The notes: generated from the sequence alone by a model not told the origin. A DNA stretch of 64,000 bases from a virus (IMGVR_UViG_3300032308_001684:31849-95848); one strand, 5' to 3'; shown: positions 1 to 10,032, counted from the first letter of the stretch. Translations and numbers: made by a program.

Positions 1-598
1 CTTGATCACTTTCCTCATCGCCGTTGCCATCACTGTCGCCTTCACCATCTAAATGGTCATCCAGCAATTTGTCAATCAAACTACCAATGTCAATTTTTTC
101 AGCATTCTCATACAAGATGTCATAGATTTCTTCTGAGCTCTTGTTTTCGTATTTTTGATCATACAGGCAAGGCACTGATGTAATGAACTCGCCCACACGA
201 TGTTTCTTCAAGTCTGCATTGACACAATAGTCATTGGCAATGTTGAACAGCATTGGGTCGCGATCGCCACGACGTCCAAAGTGATCATACACACAATGCA
301 GGACCTCATGCCCAAACAAGAATTCAATCTCTTTGGGTTTGAGCATTTCAATAAAACGGGTATTGTAATAAAAGTGGCGACCATCTGTGGCGGCAGTGCT
401 ACACCACTCATCTGCGTTTACCAACTTCAAACGGGTGGCCAAGTTACCAAAGAAACTGGCACGGAGCAACAAGCCCACACGAGCAGTGACCAATTTTTCA
501 CGCACAATCTTGTCCAGTTTGGGATCCATAGGACCCAGTAGATTGGCAAATTTTTTAGCGTCGTCTTTGTTTGTGGAAGTTGCGGTTTTTGTAGACAT
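1..598 (-). CDS. VWA-associated putative metallopeptidase (DUF2201-like), N-terminal part, truncated by the window edge
   Basis: Manual translation MSTKTATS...TAATDGRHFYYN...FGHEVLHCVYDH...NIANDYCVN contains HEXXH; AAGGAG RBS; near a MoxR ATPase. Confidence 0.8.
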   Translation of the reverse strand, partial: MSTKTATSTNKDDAKKFANLLGPMDPKLDKIVREKLVTARVGLLLRASFFGNLATRLKLVNADEWCSTAATDGRHFYYNTRFIEMLKPKEIEFLFGHEVLHCVYDHFGRRGDRDPMLFNIANDYCVNADLKKHRVGEFITSVPCLYDQKYENKSSEEIYDILYENAEKIDIGSLIDKLLDDHLDGEGDSDGNGDEESDQ

Positions 599-622
599 GA
601 ATGCTCCTTAACTGTATGTAAT

Positions 623-651
623 ATTATAGCAAAAATGCCATTATCGGTCAA
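623..651 (-). promoter_or_regulatory. sigma70-type early promoter
   Basis: TTGACC-N17-TATAAT. Confidence 0.8.
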
Positions 652-994
652 CCGGGTACTTTAGGGTAAAAAGCGTGAGTTCTTGCTGGCTTTTTACGTA
701 GATACGTAGATCGTTGTGGCCATTGGTCCAACTCCAGTTGATGTTTACTGCATCAGGTTGGCTGGGCTCAGTGCCTGGATTACTGTACCTGTGGATCACA
801 GAGAGATATTCTTTGATGTCAGCCCATTGGCGTATTTCGGCACTCCAGCCATAGATGTCAAAAAAGTATTTCTGCGCTTCAGTAAAATGCATAGGGCCAT
901 TCCAGGCGCTCATGCGGTTAGAGAAGATTATCGCATATTCAAAATACTTGCGATAACTCCAGCGTCCGTCCAGTTTGACTATTTTATATTTCAT
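641..994 (-). CDS. hypothetical phage protein
   Basis: 117 aa ORF packed with neighbours on the coding strand. Confidence 0.65.
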   Translation of the reverse strand: MKYKIVKLDGRWSYRKYFEYAIIFSNRMSAWNGPMHFTEAQKYFFDIYGWSAEIRQWADIKEYLSVIHRYSNPGTEPSQPDAVNINWSWTNGHNDLRIYVKSQQELTLFTLKYPVDR

Positions 995-1230
995 CGTTGG
1001 TATTTAAGGCCAAAAATGATTGCATCATGCGGACTGGCAAAATAGAAATCTAACTGCCAAACATTGGTCTCATGTTTACCCAGTGCAGGTGTTAGATAAT
1101 GCCAACGATCACTGGGTCGACCAAAATCTTTGACCACAGCTCGAAGCATCGATTGTACTTCATTGTGATTGTATGGTGCAAAAACCACCCGGATGGGTGG
1201 TGGGTAAGAAGAGTGGGTTGAGTCCGACAT
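991..1230 (-). CDS. hypothetical phage protein
   Basis: ORF overlapping the next gene by 4 nt; start uncertain. Confidence 0.55.
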   Translation of the reverse strand: MSDSTHSSYPPPIRVVFAPYNHNEVQSMLRAVVKDFGRPSDRWHYLTPALGKHETNVWQLDFYFASPHDAIIFGLKYQR

Positions 1231-1274
1231 AGCCCTATGTCTCGTTTCCGATAGTGGACTCAACCCTGAACCAA

Positions 1275-2369
1275 TTAAGAGTTCTGACTTGCGCTGAGAA
1301 TGTACTTGCCGTACCGCTGGTGAAACTCGTCAAAGTTCTTGAGTTTGGTAGGCTGGAACGGTAAGTTGTATGTGGTCAGTGCAATACGAGCACCCATCAC
1401 AACCAACTCTGTTTCAAAATTGTCCATCATGTAGCGGAAGAAATTGTCCGACATGGCATGGAAGTCCTTGTCAGCAACCTTGCGTTCAATGGCACCCTTG
1501 AGCTCGTAGCACATGCTGATAACCAAACTGTACATGGCTGACACTTCTTTGATCTGCAGATCCTTGACCTTGCCTGCTAGAATATCTTCAGGCTTGGGCA
1601 TGCGACCAGCAATCTTGCGGTGTGCCATGAACTTCACTGCCAGACCTTCGCCCACAGCACCAGCAATCAAGTCAGTGTAAGTGGTTTCGTCCACATCTTC
1701 ATCGGCTAACAATTCACTGACAAAGGTCCACGAACGTGGTGTGGCAAAACTACGGCTTGCAGATTTTGCATCAAAGTCGTACAAATCTTGCTTGGCAAAA
1801 CTCAAGTAACCAACCACGTCTTTGTGGATGTCATTGCTTACTGCCCACTCTTGCCACACAGGAAAGTCAACTCGCATTTCCAAGTGAACGAAACGGTTTG
1901 CCAGTGGAGTGGGCATACGATAGGTAACGCCTTTGTCACTCTCACGATTACCAGCCGCAACCATGACCACATTGTCAGGCAACATGTATTTGCCCACACG
2001 GCGATTCAGCACCAGCTGATAGGCCGCGGCCTGTACAGCAGGAGCCGCAGAGTTCATCTCGTCCAGGAACAATACTACCACAGGATACTGAGCAGCCGTT
2101 TCTGCATCGGGCAAGTCAATGGGAGGAGCCCAGTCCATGACATTCTTTTCTTTGTTATAGAAAGGAATACCGCGGATGTCTGTGGGGTCCATCTGTCCCA
2201 AACGCAGGTCGATCATGAGACCGCCAAGTTCGCGAGTGATGTCTGCCACAACTTCTGATTTGCCAATACCGGGAGGGCCCCAGAGGAATAGTGGACGCTT
2301 TTTAGAAAAGCATTTTTTGATGGATTTGCGGGCACCAGTCGCGGTTACGGTGCGGTGTTCAAATGACAT
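1275..2369 (-). CDS. MoxR-like AAA+ ATPase
   Basis: Walker A GPPGIGKS, Walker B LFLDE, AAGNR, LANRF. Confidence 0.9.
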   Translation of the reverse strand: MSFEHRTVTATGARKSIKKCFSKKRPLFLWGPPGIGKSEVVADITRELGGLMIDLRLGQMDPTDIRGIPFYNKEKNVMDWAPPIDLPDAETAAQYPVVVLFLDEMNSAAPAVQAAAYQLVLNRRVGKYMLPDNVVMVAAGNRESDKGVTYRMPTPLANRFVHLEMRVDFPVWQEWAVSNDIHKDVVGYLSFAKQDLYDFDAKSASRSFATPRSWTFVSELLADEDVDETTYTDLIAGAVGEGLAVKFMAHRKIAGRMPKPEDILAGKVKDLQIKEVSAMYSLVISMCYELKGAIERKVADKDFHAMSDNFFRYMMDNFETELVVMGARIALTTYNLPFQPTKLKNFDEFHQRYGKYILSASQNS

Positions 2370-2401
2370 AGGGCTTGGTCCTTGTTGTTGATGATTCTAC
2401 T

Positions 2402-2430
2402 ATTGTATGTGAAGTTGATTTTTCAGTCAA
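2402..2430 (-). promoter_or_regulatory. sigma70-type promoter
   Basis: TTGACT-N17-TACAAT. Confidence 0.75.
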
Positions 2431-2432
2431 CC

Positions 2433-2684
2433 TTAGCTAAACTCGTAAAATTTAACTGTGGGATCTAGACTACGAAGTTCTTGCGCCGCGGCAGTGAGTT
2501 GACGGTAGCGAGCTTGTACTTGACTGCGAGGCAGTTCGCCATCGCAAGTGAGATTTTCTGGTGAAAGATCGCTGTCGATCATGTTGGCAATGCGTTGATT
2601 GTCTTGACCAATGACCATGGGCTTGCCGCCAAAGATAGCGTTCCATTGATTCTTTTGATCTAGGTATTTTTGCAGTGATTTCAC
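2433..2684 (-). CDS. hypothetical phage protein
   Basis: 83 aa ORF, AGGAG RBS, GTG start, own promoter. Confidence 0.7.
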   Translation of the reverse strand: MKSLQKYLDQKNQWNAIFGGKPMVIGQDNQRIANMIDSDLSPENLTCDGELPRSQVQARYRQLTAAAQELRSLDPTVKFYEFS

Positions 2685-2716
2685 AGTAGGGCTCCTGTTT
2701 GTTTAACTTAGCCTAT

Positions 2717-2745
2717 AGTATAGCAAAATGGGTATTTCTGGTCAA
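2717..2745 (-). promoter_or_regulatory. sigma70-type promoter
   Basis: TTGACC-N17-TATACT. Confidence 0.75.
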
Positions 2746-2750
2746 CCCCG

Positions 2751-2776
2751 TAAAAAACCCTGCATACAGCAGGGTT
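2751..2776 (-). terminator. intrinsic terminator
   Basis: AACCCTGC/GCAGGGTT hairpin followed by a U tract. Confidence 0.7.
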
Positions 2777-3986
2777 ATTCTAGGTAATACTTTATTTGTA
2801 ATCGTTTGATGCCTTGTTCTAAGCCGCCTCTGTGTTTGACCCACTCGTCAGGTAAAGCACTGTAAGTTTTTATATAACCGTTAAACCAATTCTTGGTTTC
2901 ATTGGGAGCTTGTTTTTGCATCCATTTGTACGACGGGTGTATAAGTCGACCACCTTGTTTGTCCTCGTGATAAGTCAAAAAATTCCAATCGGGATAAATG
3001 GTGCAGTTGATGGCATTTCGATCCAGCCACCACTTCTTGTCATTAAACCAAGTGTTGACATGCAGTGCTCTGGCAGTTTTGATATCGAATCCTCTAGGCC
3101 CAATTATAGGAACAGATTTGTCTTTTTCAAAATCAACAAAGATGTCTGTGCGATAGCGTATCTGTGACAACGTTTTCAACAAAAGATGACATTGTTTTAT
3201 CTTCAACTCAGGATGGTCGGGATCGTCATAGAACTGTTCGTGATGCACCAACGGATCGGGATTTTCTTGATCTCTAGGCTGTGGAGCATGAGCATAATGA
3301 TCTTCAAAATAAAAATAATGCTTCTGTGCATCAATATCGTAATCTATATGTGGCTTGGCTTCTCCCCAGACAAAGCAGATTTTTTTACCTTGTTGTCTAA
3401 CCTTGTGCCATCTTTCAAATCGATTTTCTAAATCGTAGTGTACATGTATCTGTCCAAGATTATGAATGTTATTGCATTCTCGATATGAACGTTGTCGTAG
3501 ATCTGAATCTTGAATACATGACAACATCAAATCACTTATGTCATTGACAGTGACCAATGTTTCAGAATCCGCAGGTAGTTTTTGTTCTAGGTAAGGCAGT
3601 GCCGCTTGAAATATTTCGCTAGCCATGAATTGATCCTCACCACCCAGTCCTTTGGCCCAATGTTGTAGATATATTTCGTCAATGTGTATACCATTGTTAA
3701 TAAAGCTATCCAGTACTGTGGTACTGTCTGCGCCACCACTGAACATGATAACCACATAATCAAATTGATCTCTAATGGCCTGCGCTCGTTCGCGATACAT
3801 TGTTCTGATATCTTTTTCTGGCTCTGCGGTCCAGTCTTGTTTAGAAAAAACTTCATTGTTAAAATTCCAGGCAACTTCTTGACCTGTGGCCATGCTGTGT
3901 TTGATAGCATCTAGTTTGCTATAGAACTTTTCTTCGCCTACTTCAAAGAATCCATGTTTGTTTAAGTGACTGTTGGTGTGAAACAT
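2775..3986 (-). CDS. PP-loop (adenine nucleotide alpha-hydrolase-like) protein
   Basis: MFSGGADS motif; paralog of 20819-22003. Confidence 0.7.
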   Translation of the reverse strand: MFHTNSHLNKHGFFEVGEEKFYSKLDAIKHSMATGQEVAWNFNNEVFSKQDWTAEPEKDIRTMYRERAQAIRDQFDYVVIMFSGGADSTTVLDSFINNGIHIDEIYLQHWAKGLGGEDQFMASEIFQAALPYLEQKLPADSETLVTVNDISDLMLSCIQDSDLRQRSYRECNNIHNLGQIHVHYDLENRFERWHKVRQQGKKICFVWGEAKPHIDYDIDAQKHYFYFEDHYAHAPQPRDQENPDPLVHHEQFYDDPDHPELKIKQCHLLLKTLSQIRYRTDIFVDFEKDKSVPIIGPRGFDIKTARALHVNTWFNDKKWWLDRNAINCTIYPDWNFLTYHEDKQGGRLIHPSYKWMQKQAPNETKNWFNGYIKTYSALPDEWVKHRGGLEQGIKRLQIKYYLE

Positions 3987-3987
3987 A

Positions 3988-4899
3988 TCAGTATTTTAAA
4001 AAGGCTACCAAGCCGACACGATGCTGATCAGTGGTTTTTTTAACTCCGTGAAAAGTTGCAGGGGTCATGCACTGTGCTTGATCACAGTAATCAAATCCAG
4101 GAAACAATATGATTTGTTTGCGCTGGTCAAACAAAGAATCTATGGGACGAGCAGGTTCTTCATGCTCCTGGCCCAAATCAATAAATCCCCCAGGTTGATT
4201 TTCAAACACCCATGCAGTGAGTATGCTGTTGTCAGCGTGACGGTTGACCAGTGAATCATCAACAAAAACACTTCCTGGTGGATTGTGATTGAGTCTGAAC
4301 ATGAGATTAGACCTCAGAATATTAGCACTCATGCCTATCTTGCTTGCCACAGGCTCTAATATATCAACTAACTGATCAAACAGTTTTTGAAACTCTGTGT
4401 ATAGTGTTTGATGTGCTGGTCCAGGCGCCGCCGGCATTTCTTGGCCAAATTGATACCAGTGTCTTTTTACCGAATCAAAATATCCATGATCACGATCGTG
4501 AAACTTGTAACTGTAACGATGACTAAACTTTGGCAGACTTTGATATAACTCAAGATACATGTTGATCAACTGACTGGCGTCAAATGCCCAGGGTTTGGGA
4601 ACAACTGCATATCCATTTTTAAACACAGGATCAGCTGAGTTATACAGAGTTGCAGATGAGTCGACGATCACTGTGGAGTAGTGTTTTTCGATGATGTGCT
4701 TGACAGCTACACTACGGCTAACAGGCTCACCGTTGTTGACCAAGCACACAGAGTGATCTGTTGGAATCTTGTCTAAAAACTCTGACAGATATTTCTGTGT
4801 GCCATGGCTGTATTGATTGTAACTATTTCCAAAGTAAGGCAAATGCAAATCATAGTTTGAATGCATTGGCCTTGGATGAACATTGACTCGTGTGGTCAC
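3988..4899 (-). CDS. putative 2OG-Fe(II) oxygenase-domain protein
   Basis: RHAD...TFHGV...HR pattern in the C-terminal half. Confidence 0.5.
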   Translation of the reverse strand: MTTRVNVHPRPMHSNYDLHLPYFGNSYNQYSHGTQKYLSEFLDKIPTDHSVCLVNNGEPVSRSVAVKHIIEKHYSTVIVDSSATLYNSADPVFKNGYAVVPKPWAFDASQLINMYLELYQSLPKFSHRYSYKFHDRDHGYFDSVKRHWYQFGQEMPAAPGPAHQTLYTEFQKLFDQLVDILEPVASKIGMSANILRSNLMFRLNHNPPGSVFVDDSLVNRHADNSILTAWVFENQPGGFIDLGQEHEEPARPIDSLFDQRKQIILFPGFDYCDQAQCMTPATFHGVKKTTDQHRVGLVAFLKY

Positions 4900-4900
4900 T

Positions 4901-5797
4901 TTATTTTTTGAAGGACTTGAAATAGTCTTCTACCAGCTTGAACTGTTGTGCAGGAGTTGCCCCAGCTGGCACACCACGTTTGTCTGCACCTGTGGCAAAG
5001 TGTTGCACAAATACTGGGTTTTTGTCGATGACATTGGTGATGATAGGACGAATTTTATCAGTGTCAACGTTTAATCCAACTGCCACACCCATGTACCCGG
5101 CACCGGCCACAGAGCTATTTTTGCGAAAATCGTCAATGCTGATTTGATTGTTGCGGGCGGCCTTGCCAATGCCAGCTGTGGTAAAGAAACATGTGCCACC
5201 AGCTTGCACCACAGATGCCGCGTTGGAGAACTGTCCAACAAAATCAACTTCTTTGGAAATCAAGGCCTGCATGAGTGCAGGGTTTCCTTTGTATTTGACC
5301 ACTTGGATATTTTTGTTGACATCGGCCACGATCTGTTCTGCAATGGAGCCATTGATGTCAGGCGCGGCAGTGATGCCCAATTTGCCCTTGCCACTCTTCC
5401 ATTGATCCATGGCGTCACGCACAGGTTTCATGCTACAGGCCTGAAACTGACTTTGATAGGTAATGACCAACACTGTTTTTTCTGTCAGTGGCACAGTGCA
5501 TGCGCCAGGATGACCTGGTTCAATCATGCCCAAAGCCTGATTGCCAAGTAGATATTCAAACACAGCAGGCTTGTCGGAGTTGGACTTGATCCAGTTTTCC
5601 AGTCCTTTACAGTTGTCAAATCTAACTAAATTAGTTTTGTATCCATTTTTTTCCAACTCATCCTTGAAGGCCAAGTTGATTCTATCTGTCAGCCCACCTG
5701 GCGGCAAGCTAACAATTACATTGATTGGCTCCTGCGCCATCACAGTCATTGCCATTACGGACAATAGTCCAGTTAAAAAAAGTTTAAGTGCTTTCAT
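4901..5797 (-). CDS. TctC/Bug-like periplasmic binding protein
   Basis: Signal peptide, PPGGLTD, YKGNPALMQALISKEVD. Confidence 0.75.
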   Translation of the reverse strand: MKALKLFLTGLLSVMAMTVMAQEPINVIVSLPPGGLTDRINLAFKDELEKNGYKTNLVRFDNCKGLENWIKSNSDKPAVFEYLLGNQALGMIEPGHPGACTVPLTEKTVLVITYQSQFQACSMKPVRDAMDQWKSGKGKLGITAAPDINGSIAEQIVADVNKNIQVVKYKGNPALMQALISKEVDFVGQFSNAASVVQAGGTCFFTTAGIGKAARNNQISIDDFRKNSSVAGAGYMGVAVGLNVDTDKIRPIITNVIDKNPVFVQHFATGADKRGVPAGATPAQQFKLVEDYFKSFKK

Positions 5798-5805
5798 TTT
5801 TTTCC

Positions 5806-7119
5806 TTAAAAGTAAAGTTGTATCAAGTTGTAAACCACGGATTGCATACTGGCTCCTAAAACAAATACAAACACCATGGGCATGACGTCTTTGTTACGCA
5901 GAGCAAATCCCACAATCAAGCTCACAATTAGGGTTGATAGATACAGCAGTAGTTTCTGTGAGGACCATGCTTCCACACCCAAACTTAAAACTATCACAGC
6001 TATCAACATCCATATAAATCTCTTATCCAAGAGTTTTTGTGCCACGGTTCGACCCAGGGTAGCCAAGGGCCAAGACAGTGTCAGTCCCACAGCACAAGCT
6101 GCCATGAACCATGACGCTAGTATAACATAATTATTGATCAAGAACGACCCCAGTGTAAAAATTGCACCAGAATCAATCATGAGATCATAGATAATGGCTT
6201 CGCTGGCAATGATAGGAATACCAAACAACAACAGTGGAATCAGCACACTCATGGATCCGGCATTGCTGGCTGTTTCACTAGCCACAACAGCGGCTAGATT
6301 GGGGTTTTGTTTGCTGGGACGGTGTTTCTGCAACCATTTTTCAGATGTGTATGCGGCACTGCTACCCATGATGTAACTCATTCCAGGCACCAGGCCTAGA
6401 ACGTAACCTATCACAGAACCTCTGATCATTGGGCCGACATACTGTTTGTGATGATCCACAGTGCGTATTTCATTGTTGGATGGTTTGATTTCTAAGTTTC
6501 TCAACAGTTGAGGTATGACATAGATGCCGATTAGAAATGGCAACAAGGGTAGGCCACTGTACAAGTCTGCCCATCCGCCGGTAAAGTAAATTTTTTGAGT
6601 GTAGTAGTTATAGCCCACAGCACTGAGCGCAAATCCTGTCAGCATAAATGCAGTGTTTTCCCACCAGCGATTGGCGCCTGACAGTGCAATACAGATCACT
6701 GTGACAGTGTAAAAAACTATCTGCCAACGGCTGGCAAAGATTTCTGGAAACGACAACAACCAGCTGACAATAAAATAACTGGCACCCAGCGCAATCACAC
6801 TGCCCAACATTCTGCCCAGAGCAGTGAGTTGGATGGCATGTTGGGTAAGACCGGCCTGTGCTAGATTACTGCTTTCCTTGCTGGCCGGTATGGCGCTGAC
6901 TTCGCCCGGTACCCCAAAATACAAACTGGGGATGATGTCAACAAAGTTTGATATGGTAATATAAGCCACATAGAAGATCATGAGATGCAGTGGGTTCCAT
7001 CCCACCATCCATGTGTACAAGATGGCCAATAGATGTGCAGGCCCCAGCCCAGGCACAATGCCAGTGGCCACTCCAGCCAGACAACCGGCAACAAATATAG
7101 ATATAGTAATCAGATCCAT
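5806..7119 (-). CDS. tctA: tripartite tricarboxylate transporter permease TctA-like
   Basis: Polytopic; GIVPGLG, GVPGE, GLVPGM, ETASNA, LLFGIP motifs. Confidence 0.85.
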   Translation of the reverse strand: MDLITISIFVAGCLAGVATGIVPGLGPAHLLAILYTWMVGWNPLHLMIFYVAYITISNFVDIIPSLYFGVPGEVSAIPASKESSNLAQAGLTQHAIQLTALGRMLGSVIALGASYFIVSWLLSFPEIFASRWQIVFYTVTVICIALSGANRWWENTAFMLTGFALSAVGYNYYTQKIYFTGGWADLYSGLPLLPFLIGIYVIPQLLRNLEIKPSNNEIRTVDHHKQYVGPMIRGSVIGYVLGLVPGMSYIMGSSAAYTSEKWLQKHRPSKQNPNLAAVVASETASNAGSMSVLIPLLLFGIPIIASEAIIYDLMIDSGAIFTLGSFLINNYVILASWFMAACAVGLTLSWPLATLGRTVAQKLLDKRFIWMLIAVIVLSLGVEAWSSQKLLLYLSTLIVSLIVGFALRNKDVMPMVFVFVLGASMQSVVYNLIQLYF

Positions 7120-7180
7120 AAAACTTATATATAGGAACAGGTGCACAAGGCACCTGTTTTTGTCATTCTAAAAATTCAAA

Positions 7181-8329
7181 TTAGAATGTGTGTGTGATAC
7201 CTACACCATACGCTGTTTGCTTGCCACCTGCATTTACTACAGATTGATACTGGCTGGAGCTCAAACTATTAACGTTTGCACCACCACCACCGTAGGCAGC
7301 AAATCCAGCTGTACCGTTGTTGTCTTGCTGAGAAACAAGAGCGTAAATTTTGGTACGCTTGCTCAAGTCCTTTTCAACGCCAGTGCTCCACATCTTGCTT
7401 TGGTTGGCAGTTGTGACTTTATCGTTGAACTGATAGTGACCCAAGAACACAGCGGTATCAGATGTTACTTGATAACGAGTGCTGAGCTGTTTGAGATCAA
7501 ACTCGGAATTGGCCTGTCCTGAGATTGAAGGATTTTCAATCTGTGTGTAACCACCGCGCACGATCCAACGATCAGTGATACGATAGCCGCCGCCCAGGAA
7601 CTGATACTGGCCAGTTTTTACACCTGTGGCGCTCTTGACTTCGTAGTAACCTGCTGTGGCAATATACGGGCCTTTATCATACAAAGCACCAATGCCAATG
7701 CGCTGACCGTAGTCCATGTCGCCGGCTGTGTTACCAAAACCATACATGGTACGCACAGTGAGACCGTTCCAGTTGGGTGATTGCCAAGAAGCAATGTTAG
7801 AACCATATGTTCCACCGGTCATTGCGCTGACACCAGTTTTGGCAGTGGCAGTGCCGTTGAAGGTAGAACCATCGGCAAAGTACACCAATGAGCTACCAAA
7901 TCCCATGCCACCACGAACGTCCTGCGCATTGAAATATTGATAGATTGGCATGACCTGACGACCCAGGCGCAGTGTACCTAGATCTTTGTTGGCCAAAAAC
8001 ACATTGGATTCACGAGCAAATACACCATTGGCAGCGCCTGTACCAGAGCTGACACCTTGTGTACCATCAGCTGGATTGATTTGGCTTTCAAGCAAGAAAC
8101 CTGCTGAGTTGCCGCCACCAAGATCTTCTGTGCCACGGAATCCTAAGAAACTGGTAGAAATAGGTGAGCTGGTGATGTGTGTAAGACTTTGCTTGTTTGT
8201 TCCCACGTTGTTGGCATTGATGACTCCTAAATCAAGTCGACCAAATACTTGAACATTGGATGATTGTGCTAGGGCAGAGCCTGCAACGGCCGTTGCCATG
8301 GCACCTGCGATAACGAGTTTTTTAAACAT
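7181..8329 (-). CDS. Gram-negative (betaproteobacterial-type) porin
   Basis: Signal peptide, GFRGTEDLGGG, LSKRT, C-terminal GITHTF. Confidence 0.9.
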   Translation of the reverse strand: MFKKLVIAGAMATAVAGSALAQSSNVQVFGRLDLGVINANNVGTNKQSLTHITSSPISTSFLGFRGTEDLGGGNSAGFLLESQINPADGTQGVSSGTGAANGVFARESNVFLANKDLGTLRLGRQVMPIYQYFNAQDVRGGMGFGSSLVYFADGSTFNGTATAKTGVSAMTGGTYGSNIASWQSPNWNGLTVRTMYGFGNTAGDMDYGQRIGIGALYDKGPYIATAGYYEVKSATGVKTGQYQFLGGGYRITDRWIVRGGYTQIENPSISGQANSEFDLKQLSTRYQVTSDTAVFLGHYQFNDKVTTANQSKMWSTGVEKDLSKRTKIYALVSQQDNNGTAGFAAYGGGGANVNSLSSSQYQSVVNAGGKQTAYGVGITHTF

Positions 8330-8371
8330 TAAATTTTCCTTTCGAAAGTTGTTAAAATTACTACCAAAGTA

Positions 8372-8400
8372 ATTCTAACAGATTACTTACCAGGAGTCAA
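8372..8400 (-). promoter_or_regulatory. sigma70-type promoter of the porin-tctA-tctC operon
   Basis: TTGACT-N17-TAGAAT. Confidence 0.7.
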
Positions 8401-8428
8401 GCACTGGCAGTAATTTTTCTTTAGGAAA

Positions 8429-9001
8429 TTAGCCAAAGGTAAACAGCACACTTTCTCTGCTGAGTCCTGGCGCTATACGGCGTGTTCCGTGGGCTTTTTT
8501 AATGGTATTGTCATTGACGTAGCCTGCGTTGGGTGCATAAGGACTTTCTACAATGTCCAACCCAGACATATCTACAATGGAGTCCACTCCGTGCTGGGAA
8601 AATAAACTAGGGTTTTTATCACCCACATACCACTGTGTGCCCATGTTGGGCTGAGCAATGTCACCACAGTAGACTTGTAGCAATACCCGATAGTTGTTGT
8701 TGTCAAAGTGCCAGGTCAGTTGATGTCCTGGGAGATCAATGAATATTTCTTGATTGAGTGGGCGCAGTTGATGCCCTGTGAGTTCGCTGACAGCGAGATT
8801 GATGTCCATGGCTACATCTTGGAGATAGCTGTAGTCTGGATTGTTTGGCAGGCTCATGAGCCTGTTGGGCACAAGACATTGCCATCCTGTCACAGTTTCT
8901 CGATAACATTGACGTATCTCCCGATAGGTCTGATTATCAAAAACTTGAGATAGATACCAAAGTCCTGGACCCAAGGTCTGAGCAGTTTCTGTGTGTAGCA
9001 T
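8429..9001 (-). CDS. 2OG-Fe(II) oxygenase-like protein
   Basis: WHFD...HG...RES facial-triad pattern. Confidence 0.6.
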   Translation of the reverse strand: MLHTETAQTLGPGLWYLSQVFDNQTYREIRQCYRETVTGWQCLVPNRLMSLPNNPDYSYLQDVAMDINLAVSELTGHQLRPLNQEIFIDLPGHQLTWHFDNNNYRVLLQVYCGDIAQPNMGTQWYVGDKNPSLFSQHGVDSIVDMSGLDIVESPYAPNAGYVNDNTIKKAHGTRRIAPGLSRESVLFTFG

Positions 9002-9005
9002 GCCT

Positions 9006-9239
9006 TTATTTAATACGGCCTGCTAGTCTTTCTACTATAAATGTTTCTTTGGCAAGATACTCGTATTCGTCTATTGGATCTCCAGGCCCTGTGATAAAGA
9101 TGTTGCCGCGATAACACCATTCCCACCATATTCTACGATGAGTAAGTTCACAACGTCGAGGCCATATAACAAATACAAGATCCCATTTGATTACTCGATT
9201 GTACAGAGCCCAATGGTCGTCCATGCCGGGTATGGGCAA
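9006..9239 (-). CDS. hypothetical phage protein
   Basis: 77 aa ORF in the operon. Confidence 0.55.
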   Translation of the reverse strand: MPIPGMDDHWALYNRVIKWDLVFVIWPRRCELTHRRIWWEWCYRGNIFITGPGDPIDEYEYLAKETFIVERLAGRIK

Positions 9240-9398
9240 TTACTTGCGATCGCCTTTGGGTTGACGTACTTGCTGTTGGCTGGCCAGTTCAGCCTGCACA
9301 GTGCCTCTCTTGATTTCGCCTCGTTTGTGAGTATCAACGATTGTTGCTAGATATCGTTTGCTTTGTTTAGACATTTTGAAGTTTGAGCCCGATTTCAT
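9240..9398 (-). CDS. small basic hypothetical protein (52 aa)
   Basis: MKSGSNFKMSKQSKRY...; AAGGA RBS; below the ORF-track cutoff. Confidence 0.55.
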   Translation of the reverse strand: MKSGSNFKMSKQSKRYLATIVDTHKRGEIKRGTVQAELASQQQVRQPKGDRK

Positions 9399-9417
9399 GA
9401 TTTTCCTTTACGGTAGT

Positions 9418-9491
9418 TGGTGCCCCTTGACAGAATCGAACTGCCAATTGATGATTACAAATCAACTGTTATACCATTTAACTAAAAGGGC
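9418..9491 (-). tRNA. tRNA-Thr(TGT)
   Basis: Cloverleaf, TTCGA T-loop, encoded CCA. Confidence 0.9.
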
Positions 9492-9497
9492 TGTGTG

Positions 9498-9692
9498 TTA
9501 TTCTGACGCTGGTTGTTCTTGAATTGGTGCCACATATCCAAAGTGAGTGAGCCTACGACTAATTTTGGCTTTGATTTTTTTCTTTTGTGTACGATCTAGC
9601 TCGGCGACAAGTTGCTTGACGCTCATGCTAACAATCTTGGCCACACCTGCTTTGGTAAATCCGGGTTTTTTACGATTAAGTTTTTTTGACAT
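9498..9692 (-). CDS. small basic hypothetical protein
   Basis: 64 aa, GAGG RBS. Confidence 0.6.
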   Translation of the reverse strand: MSKKLNRKKPGFTKAGVAKIVSMSVKQLVAELDRTQKKKIKAKISRRLTHFGYVAPIQEQPASE

Positions 9693-9754
9693 ATTATCCT
9701 CGCTCTAAGCAGTAATTATATACTACTACAGACAGAGATGCAACCATTGATATT

Positions 9755-9882
9755 GCCGGTTACCCAGTCCGGCGCAGTCTTGTGGTATCTGCGGCTCTTG
9801 TTACCTCGCGGTAATCGTCACCCAATCATTTCGCTATCAGCACTTATTGACGTTGGCCGAGTGAGCGAGGCTGATTGCCACC
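9755..9882 (-). ncRNA. candidate structured RNA
   Basis: GC-rich intergenic block with hairpins TTACC-GCGA-GGTAA, GCCGG/CCGGC, CAATCA/TGATTG. Confidence 0.4.
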
Positions 9883-10032
9883 TTAGCTGGGAATTATATG
9901 TGGAATGTAAGGAACATTCCTGGGGCCATGCCGCTGTTCCAGCAGTTGCCGTGCTTCTTGTAAATCCTTGGCATATACACGATCTTTCTTATCGCCTTGG
10001 GGTGTTCTCACAGTTGCTTCATACATTGGCAT
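9883..10032 (-). CDS. small hypothetical protein (49 aa)
   Basis: MPMYEATVRTPQG...; AAGGAG RBS. Confidence 0.6.
   Translation of the reverse strand: MPMYEATVRTPQGDKKDRVYAKDLQEARQLLEQRHGPRNVPYIPHIIPS

Noticed and set aside
2775-3986. QueC assignment for the PP-loop proteins
   Set aside because: They share SGGxDS but lack the QueC C-terminal zinc-binding Cys cluster, are much longer, and sit with transport genes.
9825-9845. Hammerhead ribozyme core (CTGATAG...CGAAA)
   Set aside because: It deviates from CUGANGA and has no stem II between the core segments.
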